A stretch of 64,000 bases of DNA from Solirubrobacterales bacterium (GCA_035264885.1 DATFPK010000019.1:2885-66884), one strand, 5' to 3'. Numbered from the stretch's first letter, positions 53,170 through 63,285 are shown. The notes: generated by a model from the letters alone, not told the origin. Made by a program: numbers and translations.

Positions 53170-54465
53170 TCAGATCGGCGGCTCCTCGCCGCCGAGCAGG
53201 ACCCGCAGCATGTGCATTCCGACGAGAGCCGAGCGCTCGCGGATGTCCTCGCGGTCCCCGGGGATGACCGGGTCGCGGGAGAGCGAGAGCCCGTCGCCGG
53301 TGAGGGCGTGGAAGCAGACGTACCCGACCGGCTTCTCCTCGCTGCCACCGCCGGGCCCGGCGATCCCGGTCACCGAGACGGCCACGTCGGCGCCGAAGCG
53401 CGCCAGGGCCCCGGCCGCCATCGCGTCGGCGACCTCGGGCGAGACGGCGCCGTGGGCGCGGATCAGCTCGGGGTCGACCCCCAGCAGGTCACTCTTGGCC
53501 TCGTCGGCGTAGGCGACGACGCTCCCCGCCAGGTATGCGGAGGCGCCGGAGACGGCCGTGACCCTCGCGGCCAGCAATCCACCGGTGCAGGACTCGGCCA
53601 GCCCCAGCCGGTGCCCGCGCAGCAGCTTCGCCACCTGGGCGTCGATCGTCTCGCCGTCGGCGCCGAACAGGTGGCGGCTGTGGCGGCGCGACATCTCGTC
53701 GCGGACCGCCTCGGCCACCGCCGCCGCCTCGTCGCGGTAGCGGACGTCGACCTCGATCTCGCCGCGGCGCAGGCAGGTCGTGATCTCGACCGATTCGACG
53801 TCGGTGCCGCCGGCCTCGATCTCGCGCAGGCTGCGGGCGATCTCGGACTCCGGGATCCCGAACATCCGCAGCGTGTATCGGTGGAGCGGAGTCGCCCGCT
53901 CGAGCACGTTGCGCACCGGCCCGGTCGCCACCGCCGCCGGCCACATCGGCCGAAGCTCGCGGGGCGGGCCCGGCAGGACGACGACCACCGCGTCTCCCGC
54001 CGGGACGACCAGCCCCGGCGCGGTGCCGACGGGATCGAGCGGGATCGCCCCCTCGGGCACCATCGCCTGCTTGCGATTCGCGGCTCGGATCGCGTCGGCG
54101 TCGAAGCGGCGCCAGCGCTTCGCGAAGCGGGCCAGGATGGCCCCGATCCTCTCCTCCATCTCCTCGTGGAGCACCATCGGTCGCCCTGCGAACCCCGCGA
54201 CCACCTCGGCGGTCAGGTCGTCGGCCGTCGGGCCGAGCCCGCCCGACGTGACAATCAGGTCGGCCCCCTGGGAGGCAAGGAATCGCAGCGCGCCCTCGAG
54301 GTCGCCCGGGCGGTCGGCGACGACGAGGATGTGGCCGACCTCGACGCCGAGCTCCGTGAGCTGCTCCGACAGCCATGGCCCGTTGCGATCGGTGACCTGG
54401 CCGCTCAGCACCTCGGTTCCGGTGACGACGATGCCTGCCCGAACCGGCCGGTCGGTCATCCGCAC
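53170..54465 (-). CDS. cinA: competence/damage-inducible protein CinA (MoCF + NMN amidohydrolase domains)
   Basis: AGIVVTGTEVLSG...TSGGLGPTADD. C-terminal PncC-like ESCTGG. Confidence 0.9.
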   Translation of the reverse strand: MRMTDRPVRAGIVVTGTEVLSGQVTDRNGPWLSEQLTELGVEVGHILVVADRPGDLEGALRFLASQGADLIVTSGGLGPTADDLTAEVVAGFAGRPMVLHEEMEERIGAILARFAKRWRRFDADAIRAANRKQAMVPEGAIPLDPVGTAPGLVVPAGDAVVVVLPGPPRELRPMWPAAVATGPVRNVLERATPLHRYTLRMFGIPESEIARSLREIEAGGTDVESVEITTCLRRGEIEVDVRYRDEAAAVAEAVRDEMSRRHSRHLFGADGETIDAQVAKLLRGHRLGLAESCTGGLLAARVTAVSGASAYLAGSVVAYADEAKSDLLGVDPELIRAHGAVSPEVADAMAAGALARFGADVAVSVTGIAGPGGGSEEKPVGYVCFHALTGDGLSLSRDPVIPGDREDIRERSALVGMHMLRVLLGGEEPPI

Positions 54466-55202
54466 TCCGGCCGGTTTCCTTCCGGCAGCAGGGCGAGCCC
54501 TGCACGGCGGCCGATTCGGTAACCGACGGGATTGGGGCTCTGGTCGGTCGCCGCCGGTTCGCCGTTCAATTCCATCTCGATCGCGCCGTTTCCGAACGCC
54601 ACGCGGAAGCCGGCCGACCGGAATGGCCCCGCCTCCTGCCCCGTCGACAGGGTCTGCCCGTCGACGACCTCGCGGCCCGACGCGTCGAGGACGCAGACCC
54701 AGACGGGTGCGCTCGCCGTGAGCCGCAGCTCGACCCGGCGCTGGGAGGGCTTCTGGCCCGGCTTCTGCTCCTTCGACGGTCGGTTGCCCCCGCCGGCGGG
54801 CTCGGACCCGTCCTCGTCGCTGCCGGACAGCCCGATCGCGACCAGGACCCCGATCAGCACCAGGCCGATCAGCCCGGCGACCACGCCGGCCGGGAGCCGG
54901 GGCCCGCCGGCCGTGCGTCGCTCGCTGATCCGCGGCGGCTCCGGCCGGCTCGGCGCGCCGGGGGGCGCCTCGACCGCGCGGCGGAAGTCATCGGCGAGCC
55001 GCTCCCCATCCAGGCCCAGATGGTTCGCATAGGTCCGGATGAACGACCGGGTGTACGCGCCGCCCGGCAGCACGTCCCACTCCTCGTTCTCGATCGCCCG
55101 CAGGTAGCGGATCCTGATCTTGGTCTCCGCCTCGACCTGCCCCAGGTCGATCCGGAGCCGGTTCCGCGTCTCCCGCAGGGTGGTGCCGATTCCGGGCGCC
55201 AT
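54456..55202 (-). CDS. rodZ: RodZ-like HTH membrane protein (DUF4115 C-terminus)
   Basis: IGTTLRETRNRLRIDLGQVEAETKIRIRYLRAIE, one TM helix, C-terminal beta domain. Confidence 0.8.
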   Translation of the reverse strand: MAPGIGTTLRETRNRLRIDLGQVEAETKIRIRYLRAIENEEWDVLPGGAYTRSFIRTYANHLGLDGERLADDFRRAVEAPPGAPSRPEPPRISERRTAGGPRLPAGVVAGLIGLVLIGVLVAIGLSGSDEDGSEPAGGGNRPSKEQKPGQKPSQRRVELRLTASAPVWVCVLDASGREVVDGQTLSTGQEAGPFRSAGFRVAFGNGAIEMELNGEPAATDQSPNPVGYRIGRRAGLALLPEGNRPECG

Positions 55203-55260
55203 GTGGTCATTCTCGCCAACAGCGCGCCGGAGGGGCGAGTTCCGCCTCTCGCGACCGTGT

Positions 55261-57741
55261 TCAGCCGACCGGTTCGGCGTCGACCGGCTCGGTCTCCCGC
55301 GTCTCGCCGGTGTCGGGCGGCGGCCCGTCGCCGCCGTCGCCCAGAACCCGCGGCAGGTCGGCCATCGTGATCAGGACCTGCCGGGGCTTGGAGCCCTCGT
55401 AGCCGGAGATGACACCGCGCCGCTCGAGCATGTCGATCAGCCTCCCGGCCCGGGTGTAGCCGACCCGCAGGCGGCGCTGGACCATCGAGACCGAGGCGGT
55501 CTCCGTCTGGACGACCAGGCGGATCGCGTCATCGAGCAACTCGTCCCGGTCGGGGTCGAAGTCGCCGTCGTGGCCATCCTCGGATGGTTCCTCGCGAGCC
55601 TCGAGCAGCTCCTCCTCGAACTCGGGCTCCCCCTGGCGCGACCAGTGGGTCGTCACGCGGGCGATCTCGTCCTCGGTCACGAACGCCCCCTGGATCCGCT
55701 GGAGCTTCGAGGTGCCGGCGCCGCGGAAGAGCATGTCGCCCTGCCCGAGCAGGGCCTCGGCACCGCCCTGGTCGAGGATCACTCGCGAATCCGTCTGCGA
55801 GGACACGGCGAAGGCGACCCGCGCCGGGATGTTGACCTTGATCGTGCCGGTGATGATGTCGGTGGAGGGGCGTTGGGTCGCGAGGACGAGATGGATCCCG
55901 GTCGCCCGCGACTTCTGCGCGAGCCGGATGATCGAGTCCTCGACCTCGGCCGGCGCAACCATCATCAGGTCGGCGAGCTCGTCGATCACGCAGAGGATGT
56001 GCGGCAGCGGCGCCTCGCCGGCGCGACGCCGCACCTTGTTCAGCTCGGCGAGATTGCGGCAGCGCGCCTGCCCCATGATCCCGTAACGGCTCTCCATCTC
56101 GGCGATCAGGTTGGCCAGCACGTTCGCGGCCAGCCGCGGCGAGGTCACCACCGGCGTCAGCAGATGCGGAACCGACTCGTAGTGGTTGAGCTCGACCTGC
56201 TTGGGGTCGACGAGCACCAGCCGGACGTCGTTCGGAGAGGCGTGCATCAGGATCGACGTCAGGATCGTGTTGATGCAGCCCGACTTGCCCGATCCCGTCG
56301 TGCCGGCGACCAGGATGTGCGGCATCTTCTGGAGGTCGGCCGAGACAGCGTGTCCGGCGATGTCCTTGCCAAGCCAGGCGACCAGCGGCGAGCTCTTCTC
56401 GGGGCGACCCTGGTAGATGTCGCCGAGGCGGACGATCCGCCGGCGAGAGTTCGGCACCTCGACGCCGACCGCCTGCTTGCCCGGAATCGGCGCGAGGATG
56501 CGGATGTCGGTCGAGGCCAGCGCGTAGGCGAGGTCGTTGGTGAGCTCGGTGACCTTCTTGACCTTGGTGCCGGGCGCCAGGCGCAGCTCGTACCTCGACA
56601 CGTGCGGGCCGCTGACGATCCCCACGATCCGCGCCTCGACCCCGAAGTGGCCGAGCGTCTCGACCAGGCGCCGGCCGACCGTCTCGTGGTCGCGCGGGTC
56701 GGGTCCGGAGTCCTTCGGGCTGCGCTCGAGGACCTTCGGCGGCGGCGGCCGGTAGTCGATCTCGTCCGACGTGGTGACGCCGCGCTTCTCGCCCATCGGC
56801 GTCGTCGCGACGACGTCGTCCTCCGCCTCGCCGTGCTCCCCCGTGGCCAGCTCCTCAGCGGTTTCGTCCTCGGCGTGCTCGAGGTCGTGGAGCTCGGCGT
56901 CGAAGTCCTCGCGGATCGTCTCCGCGTCGTGCTCGTCGTCGTCCGCCTCCACCGACGAGACGGCGACCGCCGGCTCGAGCGTGTCGTCCTCCGGGTATCC
57001 GCTCATCACGTCGGTCGGCCCGGGCACGGTCGCGAGGTCGTCGCCCGCCCGGTGTCGCCGGGTACGGGCCACCGTGCGGGCCATCTCGCCGCCGGTGGTG
57101 CCGGCCCGCCGCAGCGCGCCGCCGGTCATGGTCAGGAAGGTCGCGATCGAGGTCCCGGTGAGGAGCAGCGCGCCGGCAGCCATCAGCAGGACCGCGACGA
57201 TGTGGGCGCCGACCCGCGAGAAGAGCGTCACGAGCGGCCAGTAGAGCCCGTCGCCGACGACGCCGCCGTGCTGGGGGAACCAGGAGGAGTCGAAGGTGTC
57301 GAACCGCGGCGGACGCTCCGGCCCGATCCCGGCGGTCTGCGCCGCGAACGCCAGCAGGAGCCCGCTGATGACGCAGATCCCGCCCGTCCGCAGCGGAGCG
57401 ACAGCCGGCAGGAATGGCTTCAGGATCAGGGCCGCGCCGGCGAAGAGCAGCGCGACCGGCATCAGCCAGGCAACCCTGCCGAGCAGGAACGAAAGTCCGG
57501 TCTCGGCCCCTGCCCCCGCCTTGCCCCCGTCCCAGCCGAAGTAGAGGACGAACGCCAGGTACACGCCCGCGGCCAAGAGGCAAAGGCCGGCGACGTCGAG
57601 GTGGCGCTGCTGGATCTCGGCCGGCCAGAGCCGGCGCTGCGAAGCCGCCTTCTTCCGTCGGCGCGGCGCGGCGCGGCGCGGCGCGGCGCCGCGGGCCTTC
57701 TGGCGCACGAACATGGGAACCCATTCGACGCCTCGGGGCAC
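55261..57741 (-). CDS. ftsK: DNA translocase FtsK
   Basis: N-terminal TM helices. Walker A GTTGSGKS. Gamma wHTH domain VSMVQRRLRVGYTRAGRLID. An alternative ATG start is at 57714. Confidence 0.95.
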   Translation of the reverse strand: MPRGVEWVPMFVRQKARGAAPRRAAPRRRKKAASQRRLWPAEIQQRHLDVAGLCLLAAGVYLAFVLYFGWDGGKAGAGAETGLSFLLGRVAWLMPVALLFAGAALILKPFLPAVAPLRTGGICVISGLLLAFAAQTAGIGPERPPRFDTFDSSWFPQHGGVVGDGLYWPLVTLFSRVGAHIVAVLLMAAGALLLTGTSIATFLTMTGGALRRAGTTGGEMARTVARTRRHRAGDDLATVPGPTDVMSGYPEDDTLEPAVAVSSVEADDDEHDAETIREDFDAELHDLEHAEDETAEELATGEHGEAEDDVVATTPMGEKRGVTTSDEIDYRPPPPKVLERSPKDSGPDPRDHETVGRRLVETLGHFGVEARIVGIVSGPHVSRYELRLAPGTKVKKVTELTNDLAYALASTDIRILAPIPGKQAVGVEVPNSRRRIVRLGDIYQGRPEKSSPLVAWLGKDIAGHAVSADLQKMPHILVAGTTGSGKSGCINTILTSILMHASPNDVRLVLVDPKQVELNHYESVPHLLTPVVTSPRLAANVLANLIAEMESRYGIMGQARCRNLAELNKVRRRAGEAPLPHILCVIDELADLMMVAPAEVEDSIIRLAQKSRATGIHLVLATQRPSTDIITGTIKVNIPARVAFAVSSQTDSRVILDQGGAEALLGQGDMLFRGAGTSKLQRIQGAFVTEDEIARVTTHWSRQGEPEFEEELLEAREEPSEDGHDGDFDPDRDELLDDAIRLVVQTETASVSMVQRRLRVGYTRAGRLIDMLERRGVISGYEGSKPRQVLITMADLPRVLGDGGDGPPPDTGETRETEPVDAEPVG

Positions 57742-57846
57742 AGCCCTGCGCGAGCCCCAAACCCGCCTCGGAGGAGCGATCTACCCGGAATTGCTGCGAC
57801 CAGATTTTTGCGGTTTCCGGCACTCACCAGGGCGTAGGATCGATGG

Positions 57847-58539
57847 GTGCTCCTGGAACGGGAAGTGGCCGGCGGGCGCGTGCTCGTCGTGGAGGATGAC
57901 TCGGAGATCGCCGACGCCCTCCGGCGATCCCTGCGCCACGAGGGCTACGAGGTCTCGACCGCCGACCATGGCGCCGGCGCTCTGCGCGCCGCCGCGGACT
58001 TCAACCCCGACCTGATCGTCCTCGACCTCGGCCTGCCCGGCATGGACGGCCTGGAGCTCTGCCGGCGCCTGCGAGCCGAAGGCGACGTCCCGATCCTGAT
58101 CCTCACCGCCCGGGCCGACACGGGCGACCGCGTCGCCGGCCTCGACAGCGGCGCCGACGACTTCCTCGCCAAGCCATTCCAGCGCGAGGAGCTTCTCGCC
58201 CGGATGCGAGCCCTCCTGCGACGGCGGCCCCCGCGCGGCAGCGCCTCACTGATGGTCGGCGATCTGCGGCTCAATCCCGACACCCACGACGTCCACCGCG
58301 GCGACCGGGCGATCGATCTGACCAGCCGCGAGTTCGAGCTGCTCGAATACCTGATGCGCAACGAGCGCCTTGTCGTCTCCCGGGAGCGGCTCCTCGACGA
58401 GGTCTGGGGCATCGACCCGATGGCGGCGACCAACACGATCGACGTCTTCGTCTCGAACCTCCGGCGCAAGCTGGAGGCCGACGGCGAAACGCGCCTCCTC
58501 CACACGAAGCGCGGCGCCGGCTACGTGCTGAAGGAATGA
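57847..58539 (+). CDS. OmpR/PhoB-family response regulator (no adjacent histidine kinase)
   Basis: VLVVEDD, phospho-acceptor LIVLDLGLPGMDG, LAKPF, winged-helix C-terminus. TAGGAT box 6 nt upstream of the GTG. Confidence 0.9.
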   Translation: MLLEREVAGGRVLVVEDDSEIADALRRSLRHEGYEVSTADHGAGALRAAADFNPDLIVLDLGLPGMDGLELCRRLRAEGDVPILILTARADTGDRVAGLDSGADDFLAKPFQREELLARMRALLRRRPPRGSASLMVGDLRLNPDTHDVHRGDRAIDLTSREFELLEYLMRNERLVVSRERLLDEVWGIDPMAATNTIDVFVSNLRRKLEADGETRLLHTKRGAGYVLKE

Positions 58540-58605
58540 CGCCGGCGCCACGAAACGGCAACGATTCCTTTAGCTGTCCTTTAACCCGTGGAGTAGCTTT
58601 ATCTG

Positions 58606-58732
58606 CGGACGAGACACACGGGTTCGTCGGGGATCTCCCCCTATACCGCCTCGGCGGGCCCAACTTCGGCCCCTAGGGCCGAAGCGGCCGCCGGGCTCCC
58701 CCCTCCCTAGAGCCCGGCGGCCACCTTCTTTC
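58606..58732 (+). ncRNA. candidate small RNA with C-rich hairpin loops (6C-like)
   Basis: Putative promoter TTAGCT-N18-TAGCTT (58570..58599). Hairpin CTTCGGCC-CCTAG-GGCCGAAG. Terminal 12-bp hairpin with loop CCCCCTCCCTA followed by CACCTTCTTTC. Confidence 0.3.
58687..58732 (+). terminator. intrinsic terminator
   Basis: Perfect 12-bp stem GCCGCCGGGCTC / GAGCCCGGCGGC followed by a T-rich tract on the plus strand only. Confidence 0.6.
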
Positions 58733-58759
58733 AGACAGGGCGTGAGCCCCCGCCTGGGC

Positions 58760-60421
58760 TCAGACCTCGACGACGACCGGCAGGACCATCGGGCGGCGCC
58801 GCAGCCGCTCGTAGACGAAGCTCGCGACGTCGTCGTGGAGGTCCTCCTGGATCAGGTGGAGCTCGCGGGTTCCCGCCTTGGCGGCGTCTTCGAGGGAGTC
58901 CTCGACGACGTCCCGGAGCTCCTCGATCAGCTCACTCGCCTCATCGAGGAAGGGCACACCGCGGAAGATGATTTCCGGGTCGGCGACGACCGAGCCGTCG
59001 TCGACCGCGATCGTCGCGACGACGATGAAGATGCCGTCGGCCGAGATCGTCCGACGGTCGCGCAGGGCCACGTCGTCGGGCTCGCCGATGTCGACGCCAT
59101 CGACGAACATCACCCCGGCGTGGTGGTCCTCGCCCAGCCGGGCGCCACGCTCGTCGATCTCGAGCGGCACCCCGTTCCGTCCCTTGAAGGTGCGGCCGGG
59201 ATCCACCCCCACCGCCTCGGCCAGCTCGGTGTGGAGGCGCAGCCGCTTGTGGTCACCGTGCACCGGCAGGACATAGCGCGGCTTGGTCAGGTTCAGCATC
59301 AGCTTGATCTCCTCCTGCCAGCCGTGACCGGAGGCGTGGATCGGGGCGTCGCGGGCCGTCACGACGCTGGCGCCGATCTCGTAGATCCGGTCGATCGTCT
59401 CGTTCACGGCCCGCTCGTTGCCCGGGATCGGGGTGGCGGAAAAGACCACGGTGTCGCCGGAGTGCAGCTCGACGTCGCGGTGGTCGTTGTTGGCCATGCG
59501 GCGCAGCGCCGACAGCGGCTCGCCCTGGCTGCCGGTCGAGATCACGATCACCTTCTCGTCGGGGAAGTCCTCGATCTCCTTCGGCTGGATGAACAGGCCC
59601 TCGGGGGCGTGCGCGATCCCCAGGTTGGAGGCGATGTTGAAGTTCTTGCGCATCGAGCGGCCCACCAGCGCCACGCGGCGGTCGAGCTTGACCGCCGCGT
59701 CGATCACCTGCTGCACCCGGTGCACGTTCGAGGCAAACGAAGTGACGATCACCCGGCCGCCGCAGCGCGAGAAGGTCTCGAGCAGGGCGGGCCCGACCGA
59801 GGATTCCGACGGGGCGACCCCGGGCCGGTCGGCGTTCGTCGAATCGCCGCCGAGCAGGAGCAGGCCCTCGCGGCCGAGCTCGGCGAGCCGCGACACGTCG
59901 GCTGGGCGCCCGTCCACCGGCGTCTGGTCGAACTTGTAGTCGCCGGTCAGGAGGATCGTCCCGAGTTCCGTGGTCAGCGCCACGCCCCGCATGTCCGGAA
60001 TCGAGTGCGAGAGGTGGACCAGCTCGAGTCCGAACGGCCCGAGCTGGACCCGCTCGCCCGCCGGCAGCTCCTTGAGCGGCGCGTCCTGGAGCTTGTGCTC
60101 GTCGAGCTTCGAGCGCACCAGGCCGATCGTCAGCAGCCCGCCGTAGATCACCGGCGGCATGCCCGCCCGCCGCAGGACGTAGGGGAGCGCGCCGACGTGG
60201 TCCTCGTGGCCGTGCGTCAGGACGATCGCCTCGATGTCGCCGGCGCGCTCGACCAGGTAGGAGAAGTCCGGCAGGACGAGGTCGATCCCGAGCATCTCGG
60301 CGGTCGGGAACATCAGCCCGGTGTCGACGACGACGATCCGCCCCTCGTACTCGACCACAGTCATGTTCTTGCCGATCTCCCCGAGGCCGCCCAGGGGAAG
60401 AACGCGCAGCGTCCCTGCCAC
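58760..60421 (-). CDS. rnj: ribonuclease J
   Basis: MBL + beta-CASP. THGHEDHVGALP. 553 aa. Confidence 0.95.
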   Translation of the reverse strand: MAGTLRVLPLGGLGEIGKNMTVVEYEGRIVVVDTGLMFPTAEMLGIDLVLPDFSYLVERAGDIEAIVLTHGHEDHVGALPYVLRRAGMPPVIYGGLLTIGLVRSKLDEHKLQDAPLKELPAGERVQLGPFGLELVHLSHSIPDMRGVALTTELGTILLTGDYKFDQTPVDGRPADVSRLAELGREGLLLLGGDSTNADRPGVAPSESSVGPALLETFSRCGGRVIVTSFASNVHRVQQVIDAAVKLDRRVALVGRSMRKNFNIASNLGIAHAPEGLFIQPKEIEDFPDEKVIVISTGSQGEPLSALRRMANNDHRDVELHSGDTVVFSATPIPGNERAVNETIDRIYEIGASVVTARDAPIHASGHGWQEEIKLMLNLTKPRYVLPVHGDHKRLRLHTELAEAVGVDPGRTFKGRNGVPLEIDERGARLGEDHHAGVMFVDGVDIGEPDDVALRDRRTISADGIFIVVATIAVDDGSVVADPEIIFRGVPFLDEASELIEELRDVVEDSLEDAAKAGTRELHLIQEDLHDDVASFVYERLRRRPMVLPVVVEV

Positions 60422-60426
60422 GCCCG

Positions 60427-61302
60427 CTAACCCGCCCTCGCGAGGACCCCGGCGTCCTCGAGCGCGGCCCGGACGGCCGCCCGCTCGGGTTCGCCCGCCG
60501 GCACGAGCGGCAGCCGCATCCGCTCGTCGATGATCCCGAGCATCCCGAGCCCCGCCTTGACGGTGATCGGGTTCGTCACCGAGACGGCCGCGTACACCGG
60601 TGCCAGCGCCGCGTCGATCCGTCGAGCACGCCCGTGATCGCCCTCCGCGAACGCATTCCAGATCTCCCGCATCTGGGCTCCGACGAGGTGCGTGGCGACG
60701 AGGATCCCACCCGCCCCGCCGAACTCGAGGGTCCGCAGGAAGACCGAGTCGTTGCCGGCCAGGACGTCGATCCCCTCGACCGGCCCGAGCTCGTCGTCGT
60801 TGGCCTGCTTCACCGCCACCACGTTCTCCAGCCTGCCGATCTCGGCGAGGCCCTGGGGGTCGATGTTGACCACGACCCGGGAGGGGATGTTGTAGAGGAC
60901 GATCGGCAGCCCGACGGCGTCGACCTCTGCGTAGTGGGCCAGAAGGCCCTCGAAGTTGGGCTTGTTGTAGTACGGCGTGACGACCAGGGCCGCGTCGGCG
61001 CCCGCCTCCGCCGCGCGCTCCGTCAGCTGGACGCTGTGGCGGGTGTCGTTCGAGCCGGTCCCCAGGATCAGGCTCGCGTCGTCCCCGAGCTCCTCCTTGA
61101 CCTCGCGCAGGAGCGCGAGCTTCTCGTCGTCGCTGAGGGTCGGCGATTCCCCGGTGGTGCCGGCGATGACCAGCCCGTGGGACCCGTGGTCGATGAGGTG
61201 CGCCGCGAGCCGCCGCGCCCCGGCCAGGTCCACTGCGCCATCGGCGCCGAACGGGGTCGCCATGGCGGTCAGGACGCCGCGAATCGGCTTCATGCGTTCC
61301 AC
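60427..61302 (-). CDS. dapA: 4-hydroxy-tetrahydrodipicolinate synthase
   Basis: GTTGESPTLS, YNIPSR, Schiff-base Lys in VVAVKQA. Confidence 0.95.
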   Translation of the reverse strand: MERMKPIRGVLTAMATPFGADGAVDLAGARRLAAHLIDHGSHGLVIAGTTGESPTLSDDEKLALLREVKEELGDDASLILGTGSNDTRHSVQLTERAAEAGADAALVVTPYYNKPNFEGLLAHYAEVDAVGLPIVLYNIPSRVVVNIDPQGLAEIGRLENVVAVKQANDDELGPVEGIDVLAGNDSVFLRTLEFGGAGGILVATHLVGAQMREIWNAFAEGDHGRARRIDAALAPVYAAVSVTNPITVKAGLGMLGIIDERMRLPLVPAGEPERAAVRAALEDAGVLARAG

Positions 61303-61321
61303 CCTACTGCCGCCGATCGGC

Positions 61322-61987
61322 CTAGAGCAGGCACTCCAGGCCGGCGGTGAAGCGGTCGGGCAGGTCGGCGATCTTGCGGACCGCGAGCAGGACCCCGGGC
61401 ATGAACGAGCGGCGGTCGATCGAGTCGTGGCGGATCGAGAGCGTCTGGCCTTCGCCTCCGAACAGGACCTCCTGATGGGCGACTAGCCCGGGCAGCCGGA
61501 CCGAATGAATCGGATCGTGAACGCTGCCGCCGGCGGCGGAGATCAGCTCGGCCGTCCGCTTCGCGGTCCCGGACGGCTTGTCGAGCTTGCGGTCGTGGTG
61601 GAGCTCGACGATCTCGCATTCCGGCATGTGCGGAGCGATTTTCTCTGCCGCCTGCATCATCAGCACGGCGCCGATCGCGAAGTTCGGGGCGACGAAGCAG
61701 TTGGCCCGGCCCCCCTGCGCCGCCTCCTCCAGCGCCGCCAGGTCGAAGCCGGTCGTGCCGACCACCGCGTGGACGCCGCCGTCGAGCGCCGTCCGGACGT
61801 TGGCCGGCGCCGCGTCAGGGGTCGTGAAGTCGACGACGACGTCGGTGCCGTCGAGGCAGTCGCCGAGATCGACGCCGAGGGCCGGGTCGGCCTCGGCAAC
61901 CAGCTCCATGTCCTCGGCGCTCCGAACCGCCTCGGTCACGGCCTGGCCCATCCGCCCCGCCGCGCCCGAGACGACGACCTGGATCAC
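61322..61987 (-). CDS. dapB: 4-hydroxy-tetrahydrodipicolinate reductase
   Basis: SGAAGRMG, ELHHDRKLDKPSGTA. GTGA overlap with the upstream gene. Confidence 0.9.
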   Translation of the reverse strand: MIQVVVSGAAGRMGQAVTEAVRSAEDMELVAEADPALGVDLGDCLDGTDVVVDFTTPDAAPANVRTALDGGVHAVVGTTGFDLAALEEAAQGGRANCFVAPNFAIGAVLMMQAAEKIAPHMPECEIVELHHDRKLDKPSGTAKRTAELISAAGGSVHDPIHSVRLPGLVAHQEVLFGGEGQTLSIRHDSIDRRSFMPGVLLAVRKIADLPDRFTAGLECLL

Positions 61988-63285
61988 GCCGCTGCGGCGA
62001 GGCTTTCGCTGACCGGGGCCAGGGCGGCCCGGAAACGGTCCTCGCTGCGGCCGATGCAGGCCGCCGACATCGCTTCGGTCCCGTAGAGCTCCGCGACCAG
62101 ACCGGTCAGGTCCTCCACGGTCACCGAGTCGACCCGCTCGAGCATCTCGTCGAGGCTGAGGATCGGCAGGCCGAACAGCGTCGCCCGGCCGATCCGCGAC
62201 ATCCGCGCCGCCGTGGACTCCGACGAGAGGACCAGCCGGCCCTTGACGTGCTCCTTCGCCCGGTCGAGCTCCTTGCCCGATACCGGCTCCTCGTGGAGCC
62301 GCCGCAGCTCGCGGCCGATCACCTCGCAGGCCTGCTCGACGTTGTCCTCACGGGTGCCGACGTACGTGGCGATCATGCCGGAGTCCGTGTACTGCTCGTT
62401 GTAAGAGCCGACCGAATACGCGAGGCCTCGCTTCTCCCGCACTTCGCTGAAGAGCCGTGAGGAGGTCGAGCCGCCGAAGATCGAGTCGAGGACCGCCAGG
62501 GAGAACCGGCGGTCGTCGGCGCGGTCTATGCCGGGCGCGCCGAAGCAGATGTGGTACTGCTCGGTCTCCTTCGGATGGAAGCGGAGGCGGCCGCCATCGA
62601 TCGCACCCTGTTCGATCGCGCCGTTCTCGTCGCCGGCCGGTGGGTCGACGAGCCTCTCGGCCAGCCGCGCGATCCGGTCGTGATCAACGTGGCCGGCCGC
62701 CGCGACGACGAGGTTGGGACCCACGTAGCGGTCCCGGTGATAGGCCTCGATCTCGGGCACCGGAATCGACGCGATGACCTCGGCTTCGCCCAGGACGCGG
62801 CGGCCGAGCGGGTGGTCGCCGAACACGGCGTCGGCGAGGAAGTCGTGGACGCGGTCCTGCGGCTCGTCCTCGTACATGGCGATCTCCTCGAGGACCACTT
62901 GGCGCTCGGAGTCGACCTCCGGGTAGGTGGGTCCGAGCAGCATCTCGGTCAGCAGGTCGAACACCTCGTCGGTGTGCTCGTCGAGAAAGCGCGCGTGGAG
63001 GTTGGTGGTCTCCTTGCCGGTCGCCGCGTTCACCGCCGCCCCGAGCCCGTCGAAGCGCTCGGAGATCTCGATCGCCGAGTAGCGCTTGGTCCCCTTGAAA
63101 AGCAGATGCTCGAGGAAGTGAGACACCCCGGCCTGCGGCGGGCTCTCGTCGCGCGAGCCGGTTCTGACCCAGAGCCCGAGTGCGACCGAGCGCACGGATG
63201 GGACCTCCTCGGTCACCACCCGCACGCCCGAGTCGAGCTCGGTCAGTCTGTGGTCGGAGCCGGCCAACTCAGCGGCGGCGCTCAC
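61984..63285 (-). CDS. M16 (pitrilysin) family zinc peptidase, PepR-like
   Basis: HFLEHLLFKGT (HxxEH). GTG 63285 chosen. An alternative TTG at 63267 lies just after the pnp stop. Confidence 0.85.
   Translation of the reverse strand: MSAAAELAGSDHRLTELDSGVRVVTEEVPSVRSVALGLWVRTGSRDESPPQAGVSHFLEHLLFKGTKRYSAIEISERFDGLGAAVNAATGKETTNLHARFLDEHTDEVFDLLTEMLLGPTYPEVDSERQVVLEEIAMYEDEPQDRVHDFLADAVFGDHPLGRRVLGEAEVIASIPVPEIEAYHRDRYVGPNLVVAAAGHVDHDRIARLAERLVDPPAGDENGAIEQGAIDGGRLRFHPKETEQYHICFGAPGIDRADDRRFSLAVLDSIFGGSTSSRLFSEVREKRGLAYSVGSYNEQYTDSGMIATYVGTREDNVEQACEVIGRELRRLHEEPVSGKELDRAKEHVKGRLVLSSESTAARMSRIGRATLFGLPILSLDEMLERVDSVTVEDLTGLVAELYGTEAMSAACIGRSEDRFRAALAPVSESLAAAA

Noticed and set aside
55120-57837. 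905-aa ORF on the plus strand
   Set aside because: It is entirely antisense to ftsK, which has unmistakable motifs. The translation is Arg/Gly/Asp/Pro low-complexity. This is a typical stop-free antisense frame in GC-rich DNA.
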